Origin: Nitrospinaceae bacterium
GTDB taxonomy: Bacteria; Nitrospinota; Nitrospinia; Nitrospinales; Nitrospinaceae
DNA: 64,000 bases
NCBI GenBank assembly: GCA_965237905.1
Contig: OZ250172.1
Location: 1,184,001 to 1,248,000, forward strand
Direction of reading: 5' to 3'
The position numbers were made by a program, and so were the translations under genes. Below the pieces are notes generated by a model. The model was not told the DNA's origin. It saw only the letters and a program-made list of their open reading frames with translations, and did not search any database. Positions 1 through 9,920 of the stretch are shown here, piece by piece; the first letter of the stretch is position 1; the number at the start of each line of letters is the position of its first letter.

Positions 1-1325
1 CACGTAGGGCTGACGCCCCCTTTGGAAAGAAAGGTTAATTGCCGGCTTTTCTTGCCTCCGATGCGCTTGATATGAATGGAGGATTGTCTTCCACGCGTCA
101 CCCGGTAGGCCAGAAAATGTCCATCGGGAGACCAGGTCGGTTCTTCCTTGCTTCCCGCGCCCGAGGTGATATCTGTCGTTTTACGGGTTTCCGTGTTGTA
201 GATTTTTATTTGAAAGTTGCCTTTAACCATAGAGGTAAAGGCTATTTTATCCCCATGAGGCGACCAGGCGGGATTGTCATTGTAGCGGGATTGGAAGGTG
301 ATACGTGTCACGCCGGTGCGATCGCCACTGGTAGCATCCATGATATAAATTTGCGGACGCCCGGTACCCGATCGATCCGAGGTAAAAGCGATCTTCTTCC
401 CATCCGGCGACCAGGTGGGTGAAGTGTCAATATTGAAGTGGCGCGTCAACCGGGTCAATTTCCGCCATCGGTTCAAGACATAGATTTCGGAATTGCTGTC
501 TTTACTGAGCACCAGGGAAATTTTACTGCCATCGGGCGACCAGGAAGGTGCTGAATTGATACCGGGCAATCTCAATAACGGACGCCGACGGCGGCGGCCA
601 TCGGGATCCAGGAGAATCAAATCTGGGTTATGTTCTTTGTAGGAAGTGTAAACGATGAAACGGCCATCTGGAGACCAATCCGGGGACAAGATAACGGATT
701 GTTCATTCGTCAATTTCTGAATGTTGGCGCCATCGAAATCCACCGCATACATTTCCTTCCCATCAGAGGTGCGTGAAAGAAAAGCGAGACGGGTTTCGGC
801 CACTCCCCGTTTGCCGGTCAATTGTTCCATCACTTCATCGGCAAACCGGTGCATGATTTTCCGCATGAAACTTTTCTTGCCTTGATATCGTTTTCCGACT
901 AAAAATTGTTCGTTAACCACATCAAAGAGGCGAAATACAAACTTGTATTTGTCGCCGGACAAGCCTTTCTCATATTGCCCCTTGATCAGCCATTGAGCTC
1001 CCAACTGACTCCAGGCGGCGTAATTCACCTTCCCGGTCCGGGCTTCATTCTTCGCCAGCTCGGAATACCTGCTAGGAGCCACAGGGACAAACAATTCAAA
1101 CAAACGGAGATCGTTTTCCAGAATATTGTGACTCTTTTCAGCAAAATTTTCGTCCGCACCCCCTCCCGAAGAAACAAAATCAGGCACTGCGATATTCACC
1201 TTATTCTGGGTTTCTTTGACAAAATCGAGGAAAATGTTTTCTTCCGAGTGCGCGGGATAGGCCTGAAACCACAGGACCAAGCCGCCTAAAACAACAATGA
1301 GTACAGATTTAATTTTTGGGTACAT
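1..1325 (-). CDS. tolB: Tol-Pal beta-propeller protein TolB (3' end runs off the window edge)
   Basis: Read by hand from ATG at 1325: MYPKIKSVLIVVLGGLVLWFQAYPAHS (signal peptide). The same frame reads ...RQLTFLSKGGVSPTW at the window edge, a PD40-like SPxW motif. Follows tolQ-tolR-tolA. Confidence 0.9.
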   Translation of the reverse strand, partial: MYPKIKSVLIVVLGGLVLWFQAYPAHSEENIFLDFVKETQNKVNIAVPDFVSSGGGADENFAEKSHNILENDLRLFELFVPVAPSRYSELAKNEARTGKVNYAAWSQLGAQWLIKGQYEKGLSGDKYKFVFRLFDVVNEQFLVGKRYQGKKSFMRKIMHRFADEVMEQLTGKRGVAETRLAFLSRTSDGKEMYAVDFDGANIQKLTNEQSVILSPDWSPDGRFIVYTSYKEHNPDLILLDPDGRRRRRPLLRLPGINSAPSWSPDGSKISLVLSKDSNSEIYVLNRWRKLTRLTRHFNIDTSPTWSPDGKKIAFTSDRSGTGRPQIYIMDATSGDRTGVTRITFQSRYNDNPAWSPHGDKIAFTSMVKGNFQIKIYNTETRKTTDITSGAGSKEEPTWSPDGHFLAYRVTRGRQSSIHIKRIGGKKSRQLTFLSKGGVSPT

Positions 1326-2358
1326 AGTCAAATTTTAAAGTTAAAGGTAAATTGGGTTCCTTGAACTCCCTTGGAAACGGAGGTAGCGGAACAGCATTTT
1401 TAACGGCGCGGATCGCCAGATTGTCCAGCTTGCTTTCACCTGAGCTTCTGACAATCTTCGGCATCGCAATGTTGCCCTTGGGAAAAATGGTAAAAGAGAC
1501 CAGAACCATGCCGGTCCCGCCCCCCAAGGGATCTTTCCAATGTTCATCAATTTTACTTTTCACCAACCCCAGGTAAAGCGAAAGCGCATCGGCACCCGGA
1601 TCTCCCAATTCGCCGGAGGTGGCCGACGCCATCTTTTTTCTCTGGGCTTTCGTTATTTTCAAATCGCGGATTCCCGACTTGAATTCTTTGGAATGCCGTG
1701 ACGACAGTTTACTCGTGTCGACTTTAATTTGAACGCTTTCCTTTTTAATGGACTCCAACTGTTTCAAGAGTTCGGCAGCGTTGGAGTCAGTTTTTTTTGC
1801 TTTTGGTTTACTTAAAGCCGCATGGGCCTGTGCATTCATCTTTTCCAACTCGTCCAGTGCTTTCAACCGACTGGATTTTTTTTTGGGCTTGTCTTGCAGC
1901 TGCTGGGTGGCGGATTTTTTTGACAGGCGCTCAAATTCCGATTCTTTGCGCGCCAAGTCATCCTTCGGCTTGGGGACCGCCATCGCCATCTTGTCCTTTT
2001 TAGGAATCGTTTTCTTCTTCTCCAATCGAGCCAGCTCATCCAACTTGGAAACCAGAGCCTTGGAAACGGCCGGCTTTTCAGGAACCGGTTTGGGTTTGGG
2101 CACCGGTTTTTCAACGACGGGCGTCTCTTGGGGCAAGGGCGCGACAGGAGTTTCCTCCGCCTGCTGGGGAGCCGGTTCCATATCGGGTCCCGTCGGAACA
2201 TCCACAAAAAACACATCTACAAAAGCCGGCTTGACGTGCTTGACTATATTCTGGGTCTGAGGAAGGAACATGAATACCGTGAACAAAAAGAAATGAAAAA
2301 AAACGGACACCACCAGCATCTGGTTGAAATCGATGGCTGGAGACTGCGCGGATCTCAT
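1309..2358 (-). CDS. tolA: TolA/TonB-family energy transducer
   Basis: N-terminal TM with SxxxH motif, Pro/Lys-rich linker, TonB_C-like C-terminus (SSG..LD..A..AV..A.P.PP). Lies between tolR and tolB. Confidence 0.85.
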   Translation of the reverse strand: MRSAQSPAIDFNQMLVVSVFFHFFLFTVFMFLPQTQNIVKHVKPAFVDVFFVDVPTGPDMEPAPQQAEETPVAPLPQETPVVEKPVPKPKPVPEKPAVSKALVSKLDELARLEKKKTIPKKDKMAMAVPKPKDDLARKESEFERLSKKSATQQLQDKPKKKSSRLKALDELEKMNAQAHAALSKPKAKKTDSNAAELLKQLESIKKESVQIKVDTSKLSSRHSKEFKSGIRDLKITKAQRKKMASATSGELGDPGADALSLYLGLVKSKIDEHWKDPLGGGTGMVLVSFTIFPKGNIAMPKIVRSSGESKLDNLAIRAVKNAVPLPPFPREFKEPNLPLTLKFDYVPKN

Positions 2359-2756
2359 TGGCCGGGTTCGGTCATCATCCCGATATTCTGGACCCCGGCG
2401 CGTCGCATGGTGGCCATGACCTTGATGACAAAGCCGTAATCCAAACTTCGATCGGCACGGAAATAAACAGCACCATCCTTCTGCTTCTTCAAATACCCCG
2501 TGAGCTTTCCGGTAAGGGTCATTAGGGTCGCCATTTTTTCCTTGTTCCAGTAAATCGTTTTATTGCTTCGAACCGATACCGTGGGAACATCTTTAACCTC
2601 CACGGTCTGGGTACTCTCCTGGGGAAGCTCAAGGTCCATCCCGTGTTGCATCAACGGCGCGGTGATCATGAAAATTACCAGCAGGACCAGCATGACATCC
2701 ACAAACGGAGTCACATTGATATCCGCCATCAATCGGGTCGCCTTCCTGCGTTCCAT
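2355..2756 (-). CDS. tolR: TolR/ExbD
   Basis: INVTPFVDVMLVLLVIFMITAP and RAD..LDYG motifs. Confidence 0.92.
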   Translation of the reverse strand: MERRKATRLMADINVTPFVDVMLVLLVIFMITAPLMQHGMDLELPQESTQTVEVKDVPTVSVRSNKTIYWNKEKMATLMTLTGKLTGYLKKQKDGAVYFRADRSLDYGFVIKVMATMRRAGVQNIGMMTEPGQ

Positions 2757-3509
2757 TTACAGCTCCTCCATCCGCACCGGATCAGCCGACTGACCCATGA
2801 AATCCTTTTCAACCATGTAAACGAAATCCTCGCTAAAATCTTCCATCCGGTGGTTGAACCCATGAATCCGGCTGTTCAGGTAATTGAAAAACACGACGGC
2901 AGGAATCGCGGCGACCAGGCCGGCAGCGGTCGCGATCAGAGCTTCGGCGATGCCGGGGGCCACTCCGCCGATGCTGGCGGAACCCTGGACGCCGATTATT
3001 CGGAACGAATGCATGATTCCCCAAACGGTACCGAACAAACCGATAAAAGGTGCCGTGCTACCCGTGGTCGCCAGAAAATCCAACCGGTGCCCCAGTCTTT
3101 CAATTTCATAATTGGTGGACTTGTTCAAAGCCAGGCTGATGCCTTTGAGATCCTTCGGAGTCAAACTCAACGGCCGGCCCTGTGAATTTTTAGAGCGGGA
3201 ACCCGCCATTTCTTTGAACACATACAATTCGTGATAGCCCGCCAAAAATACCCGGGCGATCGGGCTGAATTTCATTTCCTTGCAAAAGTTATAGATATTC
3301 GTCAGGCTGTCACTTTTGGAAAAAATTTTCAAAAACGTCTGGTCTTCCTTACGCGCCCGACGGAATATAAAAAACTTGGTCAAAATAATGGACCAGGACA
3401 CGACGGAAAATGCCAGGAGAAGTAAAAGAACACCTTTGGCCACGGAGGTGGATCGGGAAACCATTTCCAAAATGCTTAACGGGTCGGCTGAACTTGCAAC
3501 ATCTAACAT
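2757..3509 (-). CDS. tolQ: TolQ/ExbB proton channel
   Basis: APFIGLFGTVWGIM and GIAEALIATAAGL..AIPA motifs. Confidence 0.93.
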   Translation of the reverse strand: MLDVASSADPLSILEMVSRSTSVAKGVLLLLLAFSVVSWSIILTKFFIFRRARKEDQTFLKIFSKSDSLTNIYNFCKEMKFSPIARVFLAGYHELYVFKEMAGSRSKNSQGRPLSLTPKDLKGISLALNKSTNYEIERLGHRLDFLATTGSTAPFIGLFGTVWGIMHSFRIIGVQGSASIGGVAPGIAEALIATAAGLVAAIPAVVFFNYLNSRIHGFNHRMEDFSEDFVYMVEKDFMGQSADPVRMEEL

Positions 3510-3738
3510 GGAAGATGTTCCTAAAGAAAGAAGATCAATGGCAGGAAAATGAACGATAACAGACTAATTTAAAAGGCTAATACATAATGATATATCTTAA
3601 CTGTTAATTTCTGTTAATTCAATTAAAGGTAGGCTTAAATTAAGGTTCGCTTTTTCAAACGATGAAAAAACAGGGGAAATAATGTTTTAAAACGGGAAAC
3701 TGAATGATCGCCAGACCCCTTATGGAGAGTGTATCGGG

Positions 3739-4311
3739 TTAATTTTTAACCCGTTCGAGATATTCCCCCGACGAGGTCGATACCCGGACCTTCTCCCCGA
3801 CATCCACAAACTGAGGCACTATGACCACCAGCCCGGTTTCCAAAGTGGCGGGCTTGCCGCTTCCGGAGGCGGTCGCCCCCTTCATTTGAGGTTCCGTATC
3901 CTCGACCGTTAATTCCACAAATTCAGGAAGATCGAGTCCGATAGGTTTGTCCTCATGAAACTCCACTTTCACTTTGGTGTTGGGCAGAAGGTATTGCTTG
4001 GCATCGGCGATGATATCGTCGTCGATAAATATCTGCTCGTAGGTCTCGCTGTTCATGAAACAGTAACCGGAGGCGTCGGAATATAAATATTCCATATTGG
4101 CTTGCTCGAGGCTGGCCCGCTCGACTTGTTCATCTGCACGAAATTTGACTTCGGTCTGCGTTCCGTTTTTCAGGTTCCGCAGTTTGGCCTGGCAAAAAGC
4201 CCGCTTGTTGCCGGGCGTGCGGTGCTCCGAGGCCATCACCCGGTACAGTTCCTTATTATAGACAATGACATAACCCGGACGAATCCCGTTTCCATTGACA
4301 TATGCCGCCAT
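3739..4311 (-). CDS. efp: Elongation factor P
   Basis: 190 aa; YLY.D..Y.FM..ETYEQ, KPATLETG...VPQFV..GE...V motifs. Loop sequence is TPGNKRAF. Confidence 0.93.
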   Translation of the reverse strand: MAAYVNGNGIRPGYVIVYNKELYRVMASEHRTPGNKRAFCQAKLRNLKNGTQTEVKFRADEQVERASLEQANMEYLYSDASGYCFMNSETYEQIFIDDDIIADAKQYLLPNTKVKVEFHEDKPIGLDLPEFVELTVEDTEPQMKGATASGSGKPATLETGLVVIVPQFVDVGEKVRVSTSSGEYLERVKN

Positions 4312-4449
4312 TCAAACGCCTCCAGTATTTTAAAAGCTGTGTCGGAATCAAACTTATCATAAACCGTCCAATAAAAAGAGGAAAAAATTCTCGCGAGGAT
4401 TCTTAAAACCTGCGGGCAATGAACTCTGGATTATGGCACAATTCAAGCT

Positions 4450-5106
4450 ATGAGCTGTCCACTATGTTATTCCCCTTCGGAGTTTTTAATAAAAGCTGAA
4501 CGGCGCGAGTACCACCTCTGCGCTTCCTGCCGGCTCATCTTTGTCCCGTCCCGGTTTTTCATTACCCCGGAAAAGGAAATCGAACGCTACCTCGAACATG
4601 AAAACAGCCTCGACAACGAAGGCTATGTCCACATGTTCCAGGAAAAAATCGACCTCATCACAGACCATTGCCCGGACGTCCAAACCGTGCTCGATTACGG
4701 TTGCGGATACGAACCCGTCCTGAAAACCCTGCTGGAACGCCAAGGGTATCAAGCCGAGGGATACGACCCTTATTTTTTTCCGGAACTTAAAGAAAGCTCA
4801 GCTTACGATTTGATCGTCTCCACGGAAACTTTCGAGCACCTCAAACAACCCGGTGAAGAATTAAAAAAAATTATCCCCCTGCTGTCGCCCCGCGGATACT
4901 GTGCGGTGATGACCCAGTTCTACCCGACGCACAACGGACAACTCGATAAACTCGGTTTTCTCAACTGGTACTACAAGCGTGATCCCACCCATATCTGCTT
5001 TTACAGTCCGAAAACGTTTGAATGGATTGCACACCACCATAATTTTGATATGATCCTGAACAATGGTAAGGATTTCGTCATCCTTCAAAGAAACGCCTCC
5101 TCTTAA
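4450..5106 (+). CDS. Class I SAM-dependent methyltransferase with N-terminal Zn-ribbon
   Basis: CPLC...CASC, LDYGCG motif, ETFEH, YYKRDPTH. Confidence 0.85.
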   Translation: MSCPLCYSPSEFLIKAERREYHLCASCRLIFVPSRFFITPEKEIERYLEHENSLDNEGYVHMFQEKIDLITDHCPDVQTVLDYGCGYEPVLKTLLERQGYQAEGYDPYFFPELKESSAYDLIVSTETFEHLKQPGEELKKIIPLLSPRGYCAVMTQFYPTHNGQLDKLGFLNWYYKRDPTHICFYSPKTFEWIAHHHNFDMILNNGKDFVILQRNASS

Positions 5107-5131
5107 CCTACAAAGGAAAACCCAACACACC

Positions 5132-6805
5132 ATGGCCGGAGAATATATTTTTTCAATCAGCGGGCTCAGCAAAACCTACGGGTCCAAAAAAGTTTTTGAC
5201 GGTATCAACCTATCCTTTTACCACGGCGCCAAAATCGGCTTCGTCGGCGAAAACGGCACCGGCAAGTCCACCCTGCTCCGTATCATGGCGGGAGAGGACA
5301 AGGAGCACGACGGCCGCGCCGAACCGCTCAAAGGGATCCAAATCGGATTCATGCCGCAGGAGCCGCAACTCGATGCCAACCAAACGGTACGGGAATCGGT
5401 CGAAAAAGCCTTCTCCGACATCAAGCAGATGATCGACGAGTTCAACGAAGTCTCCGCCAGCATGGCCAACCCCATGTCCGACGACGAAATGGAAAAGGCC
5501 ATGGAAAAGATGGGCCGCCTGCAAGACGCCATCGATGCCGCCGACGGCTGGGAACTGGACCGGCAGATCGACGTGGCGATGGACGCGCTGGTTCTGCCGC
5601 CCGACGATCAGAAAACGGACACCCTCTCCGGCGGCGAGGCCCGGCGCGTCGCTCTGTGCCGTCTCCTGCTCCAGAAACCGGACATCCTGTTACTTGACGA
5701 GCCGACCAACCACCTCGACGCCGAAACCGTGCAATGGCTGGAAGACACCCTGCGCGACTATCCCGGCAACGTCATCGTCTCCACCCACGACCGGTACTTT
5801 CTCGACAACATCACCAAGTGGATATTGGAACTCACCGGCGGCAAAGGGATTCCATTTGAAGGCAACTACTCCTCCTGGCTGGAACAGAAATCCGCGCAGT
5901 TGGCACAACGCGAGAAAACCGAATCCAGCCTGCAGAAACGCCTCTCAAAAGAACTCGAATGGTTGAAGTCGACCCCTAGCGCCCGCCGGTCCAAAAACAA
6001 GGCGCGCATCAGCGATTACGAAAAACTCGCCGCGCAGAAAACCAAGGTGGAGGAAAACTCGCTCGATATCCAAATCCAGCCCGGCCCTCCCCTCGGCGAA
6101 AAAGTCATCGTCGCGGAAAATCTGAAAAAGGGATACGGCGACAACCTGCTGATCGACGGTCTCAGCTTCGCGGTGCCGCGCGGTGCGGTGGTCGGCCTGA
6201 TCGGCCCCAACGGTACCGGCAAAACCACATTGTTCCGCATGATCGTCGGCGAGGAGCAACCCGACGGCGGCTCACTGGAATTGGGATCGAGCGTGGCGCT
6301 CTCCTACGTCGACCAGCACCGGCACGACCTCGACGCCAACAAAACCGCTTACGAGGAAATCTCCGGCGGCGACGACCGCATCGAAATCGCCGGCAGTAAC
6401 CTGAACGCCCGCTCGTATGTCGGGCGCTTCAACTTCAAAGGCTCCGACCAACAGAAAAAAGTAGGTGATCTCTCCGGCGGCGAACGCAACCGCGTGCACC
6501 TCGCCAAACTACTGAGGCGCGGAGGCAACGTGTTACTGCTCGACGAACCGTCGAACGATCTCGACGTCACCACGCTCAGCAATCTCGAGAACGGCATCCT
6601 TAATTTCAACGGATGCGTGATGGTGATCTCGCATGACCGGTTCTTCCTCGATCGAATTTGTACGCACCTTTTGATATTCGAAGGCGAAAGCAAGGTCAGA
6701 TGGTTCGAGGGCAATTTCGAGGCCTATCAGGAAACGCGCAAGAAGGAACTCGGCGGGCGTGAAGAGAACCGCCGCTCCAAATACAAAAAACTCACGATTC
6801 GGTAA
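5132..6805 (+). CDS. ettA: Energy-dependent translational throttle ABC-F protein EttA
   Basis: Two ABC domains (GENGTGKST, GPNGTGKTT; LSGGE twice), no TM segments, EttA-like N-terminus SFYHGAKIG. ATG at 5132 after AAAGGA. Confidence 0.9.
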   Translation: MAGEYIFSISGLSKTYGSKKVFDGINLSFYHGAKIGFVGENGTGKSTLLRIMAGEDKEHDGRAEPLKGIQIGFMPQEPQLDANQTVRESVEKAFSDIKQMIDEFNEVSASMANPMSDDEMEKAMEKMGRLQDAIDAADGWELDRQIDVAMDALVLPPDDQKTDTLSGGEARRVALCRLLLQKPDILLLDEPTNHLDAETVQWLEDTLRDYPGNVIVSTHDRYFLDNITKWILELTGGKGIPFEGNYSSWLEQKSAQLAQREKTESSLQKRLSKELEWLKSTPSARRSKNKARISDYEKLAAQKTKVEENSLDIQIQPGPPLGEKVIVAENLKKGYGDNLLIDGLSFAVPRGAVVGLIGPNGTGKTTLFRMIVGEEQPDGGSLELGSSVALSYVDQHRHDLDANKTAYEEISGGDDRIEIAGSNLNARSYVGRFNFKGSDQQKKVGDLSGGERNRVHLAKLLRRGGNVLLLDEPSNDLDVTTLSNLENGILNFNGCVMVISHDRFFLDRICTHLLIFEGESKVRWFEGNFEAYQETRKKELGGREENRRSKYKKLTIR

Positions 6806-6808
6806 ACC

Positions 6809-7468
6809 ATGACCCAAATGAGACTTTTTTTGATTTTATTATTCTCAATCACGGCATTGGTGATTACCAGTCACCGTTCTATTGCTGGAGAAGAACTTTT
6901 CAATGCCGGAAAATCCGATTCGTCCATCAAACCATTTGTGTTCCCAAAATCCATGGTGGTGATTCCGAGTTGTTATCCTAATAAAGGCGGGTGCGTTTTT
7001 ATTTTTCCTGGAGTTGGAGTATTGGGATTTGACAAGGAAATTGGCCCAAAAATAAGTTTAATTGCCGAGATCCTAGAGAATGAAAAAGCGATAAAGAAAT
7101 ATTTAGTTCGACTCGACCCAGCCCGTATCGCCCCGGCTACCAGAGGAGAAGGTCTCAAAGGATATCTATACTCCAGACAAGCTTTAAAGGAATTGGGTAA
7201 ACAACACGATGTGGATTTTTTATTTTTATTCCGCCGGACTATTTTCCATCCCCCGCCACGGTTTATTCGAACACAGGGTCTGATCTATCTGGTACGGCAG
7301 GACAAACTCCTCACAGTACCTTTCAATGACCAAATCTTTAAATTGAACGTACCTGATTTTAAAAAGAAAATGGAAGAAGTAAATCAAATAGGGCTCAAGC
7401 AACTGGCGAAGGATGCGCGCAGGGTCATCATGTCCCACAAATTCGAGAAACGCCGCTCCAATTATTGA
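6809..7468 (+). CDS. Hypothetical exported protein
   Basis: 219-aa ORF with N-terminal signal-like segment, starting 3 bp after ettA. Confidence 0.6.
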   Translation: MTQMRLFLILLFSITALVITSHRSIAGEELFNAGKSDSSIKPFVFPKSMVVIPSCYPNKGGCVFIFPGVGVLGFDKEIGPKISLIAEILENEKAIKKYLVRLDPARIAPATRGEGLKGYLYSRQALKELGKQHDVDFLFLFRRTIFHPPPRFIRTQGLIYLVRQDKLLTVPFNDQIFKLNVPDFKKKMEEVNQIGLKQLAKDARRVIMSHKFEKRRSNY

Positions 7469-8043
7469 GCGCTGCCCGTTTTTTTCTTCTCAAAATGCCG
7501 GATATATAAAATCAATTTCCAGATTTCGTCGTCGGATAAAAATTTATAGGCGGGCATTCCAGTTGCGGGCGAACCGTTTTTGATGATCCAGAACATTTGC
7601 CCGTCGGAAACTTCTTTCATGGTTTGTGAACAGGTAAAATTGCGCGGCATGGAGGATAGGCCCTGCGCCATCATCCCGAGCCCGTTGCCGGCGGGCCCGT
7701 GACACACTTTGCACGGGTTGGGCTCCGCCGTCCATTGGTACAGCGATTCCCCCTTGATAAAATTTTCGGCGTTGGATTCGAATGGATTTTTCTGTTGAAC
7801 GATTTTGTCCGGCGCCTGGGGAGTGGCCCGGGTTTGCGGGCATATCCCTTTCCCGGCTCGTCCCATGCCGTGATGCATTTGATGTCGCTCGTGCCGTCCG
7901 CCGTGCGGCCGCCCCTGGTGCATGGCCAGCAACAGCTTTTCTGCAGAGGAAACCTCGGCCGCCTGTAAAGCACTCGGCCCCTCCCCACTCCAAAAAACGA
8001 ACACGCCTGCCAATATGAAAAAAAGAAAATTCCTGAAACCCAT
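7462..8043 (-). CDS. Periplasmic monoheme cytochrome c with His-rich N-terminal segment
   Basis: Signal peptide, CKVCH heme motif, DGQMFWIIKNGSP.TGMP. Confidence 0.88.
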   Translation of the reverse strand: MGFRNFLFFILAGVFVFWSGEGPSALQAAEVSSAEKLLLAMHQGRPHGGRHERHQMHHGMGRAGKGICPQTRATPQAPDKIVQQKNPFESNAENFIKGESLYQWTAEPNPCKVCHGPAGNGLGMMAQGLSSMPRNFTCSQTMKEVSDGQMFWIIKNGSPATGMPAYKFLSDDEIWKLILYIRHFEKKKTGSAQ

Positions 8044-8067
8044 ACACCGTTCTCTAAAAATTGAAAA

Positions 8068-8568
8068 TTATTCCTTTTTGGAAAAACTCCTGAGATACAA
8101 AATCAATTGCCACACCTGATCGTCTGCCAGATAACTGAAGGACGGCATGGCCGTTCCCGGCGAACCGTTTTTGATGATCCAGAACAACTGGCCGTCGGGA
8201 AGGTCGTCCATGGTATGAACACAGGTGAAGTTTCGCGGCTTGGGTTGCACCTGGTGAAACATGACGCCCAATCCATCGCCGCTGATGCCGTGACAAATTC
8301 TACAGGCACTCGGCTTGGCGTCTACCTGAAACAAGGTTTTCCCGGCCAAAATATTTTGCGGTGTCGTTTCGAGTGGATTCTTCAGTTTCAGATATTCGTC
8401 CGGCGCCGTCATCGTTTTGCGCGGTTGCGGACAGATGCCCGGTGTCTCATCGTGACCCTTTTCATGCTTGGCCCACACCGGGCCAGGAAGAACCAGCCCC
8501 ATCCACAGTATTGCCATTAAACAAACATATGATCCCGGAATCCATCGCTTCCCATATTTGAACCGCAT
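8068..8568 (-). CDS. Periplasmic monoheme cytochrome c (paralog of 7462-8043)
   Basis: Signal peptide, CRICH, DGQLFWIIKNGSPGTAMP. Confidence 0.88.
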   Translation of the reverse strand: MRFKYGKRWIPGSYVCLMAILWMGLVLPGPVWAKHEKGHDETPGICPQPRKTMTAPDEYLKLKNPLETTPQNILAGKTLFQVDAKPSACRICHGISGDGLGVMFHQVQPKPRNFTCVHTMDDLPDGQLFWIIKNGSPGTAMPSFSYLADDQVWQLILYLRSFSKKE

Positions 8569-8592
8569 ACCGCCCCCTCTCTATTCGACGGC

Positions 8593-9714
8593 TTAAGTCT
8601 TCTTGCCGGTTTTGGCCTTGGCCTTGGTTTTAGTTTTGGCTTTGGCCTCGGTTTTGGCCTTAGGCTTTTCCGTTTCCACCACCGCAGGAAGTTTCGGAAT
8701 CATCGCATCAAGGGGTTCGCCATCGAGTGCTCTCAGAAACTCGACCACCTCCAACACTTCCTGCTCGCTCAATTGCAGCGGCGTAATCAGGGAGGTTCGG
8801 TTTTTCGCGACATCGCCGCCCCGGTTGTAAAATTCGACCACGTCTTTCAGCGTCGCGGCACTGCCATCGTGCATGTAAGGTGCCGTTTGCGAAACGCTCC
8901 GCAGTCCCGGTGTCTTGAAGGCACCCTTGTCAGAATCGTCTTTAGAAATATTGAAACGCCCCAGGTCTTCGGTGAGCGGGCCGTGTTGTTGGACGCCGAT
9001 GTTGTGAAAACCGCTGTCAGTCAAAGCCGGACCATTGTGACAGAAGTTACACTTGGCCTTGCCGAAGAACAGCTTCATGCCGTTAACCGCCGCAGGCGAC
9101 ATGGCCTTTTCGTCCCCCTGCATGTATTTGTCATAAGCGGAATTTTTGGAAACCACAGATCGCTCAAACGTGGCAATGGCTTTGGCAACGTTGTCGAAAG
9201 TAATTCCCGACTCACCAAATACCTTGCTGAACATTTCCCGATATTCCGGTATGGCGCCGAGTTCCTCGATCAGCTCGTCGGCCTTCTGATTCATCTCTAC
9301 AGCGGCTTGGATGGGACCCTTTGCCTGTGCTTCCAGCGTAGGCGCCCGGCCATCCCACATTTGCACCTCAAAGTAACCGCTATTGATCACCGTTGGCGAA
9401 TGGCGCCCCAACTCCTTGCCGCCGAATCCGATGGCGCGCGGCTGACCGTCGCTCCATCCTTTGCTCGGATGATGGCAGGATGCACAACTGATCGAATTGT
9501 CTCCGGAGAGCCGGGGATCAAAAAAAAGAAGTTGACCCAGATCCTCTTTTTCCTGCGACCAGGGGTTGTCCTGGGGATAAATTCCCGCCGGCAAGGGCTC
9601 GTAAAATGACGTGTCCTCGGCTTTATCTGTTTTGGATTCAGCGGGCTGTTCCTTCTCCCCGGAACAAGCGAAAAGAAAAACCGCGCATAGGGCAAAATAA
9701 TAAACCGGCTTCAT
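8593..9714 (-). CDS. Di-heme cytochrome c peroxidase / MauG-family lipoprotein
   Basis: Lipobox LFAC; LG..LFFDPRLS, CASCH, WDGRA, CNFCH, GAFKTPGLR, APYMHDGS. Confidence 0.92.
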   Translation of the reverse strand: MKPVYYFALCAVFLFACSGEKEQPAESKTDKAEDTSFYEPLPAGIYPQDNPWSQEKEDLGQLLFFDPRLSGDNSISCASCHHPSKGWSDGQPRAIGFGGKELGRHSPTVINSGYFEVQMWDGRAPTLEAQAKGPIQAAVEMNQKADELIEELGAIPEYREMFSKVFGESGITFDNVAKAIATFERSVVSKNSAYDKYMQGDEKAMSPAAVNGMKLFFGKAKCNFCHNGPALTDSGFHNIGVQQHGPLTEDLGRFNISKDDSDKGAFKTPGLRSVSQTAPYMHDGSAATLKDVVEFYNRGGDVAKNRTSLITPLQLSEQEVLEVVEFLRALDGEPLDAMIPKLPAVVETEKPKAKTEAKAKTKTKAKAKTGKKT

Positions 9715-9920
9715 GGTGGACCCTCCTCCGTTGGATTTTCAAATCCCTTCCCAATCTCCCTCCCGGAAATCGAGGATAGGGTGCTTGAGGATTTTGGGAA
9801 TAAGGTGTTTTTGGCACCGAACGGCATCATCATACGCCCGGAATCCGCCCTCTGCAACAGAGAGGAAAGAGCGAAATAACTTGGAGACCGATTATCAATT
9901 GATTTCGGCAACAGATGACC

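Noticed and set aside
4433..4447. Sigma54-like TGGCAC-N5-AAGC upstream of the methyltransferase
   Set aside because: It ends 2 bp before the ATG, so transcription would start inside the gene; the -12 element is also imperfect.
9711..9911. 66-aa ORF between the cytochrome and the peroxidase as a precursor peptide
   Set aside because: TTG start, no recognisable motif, Ser-rich composition typical of a spurious ORF; the region looks more like a regulatory leader.
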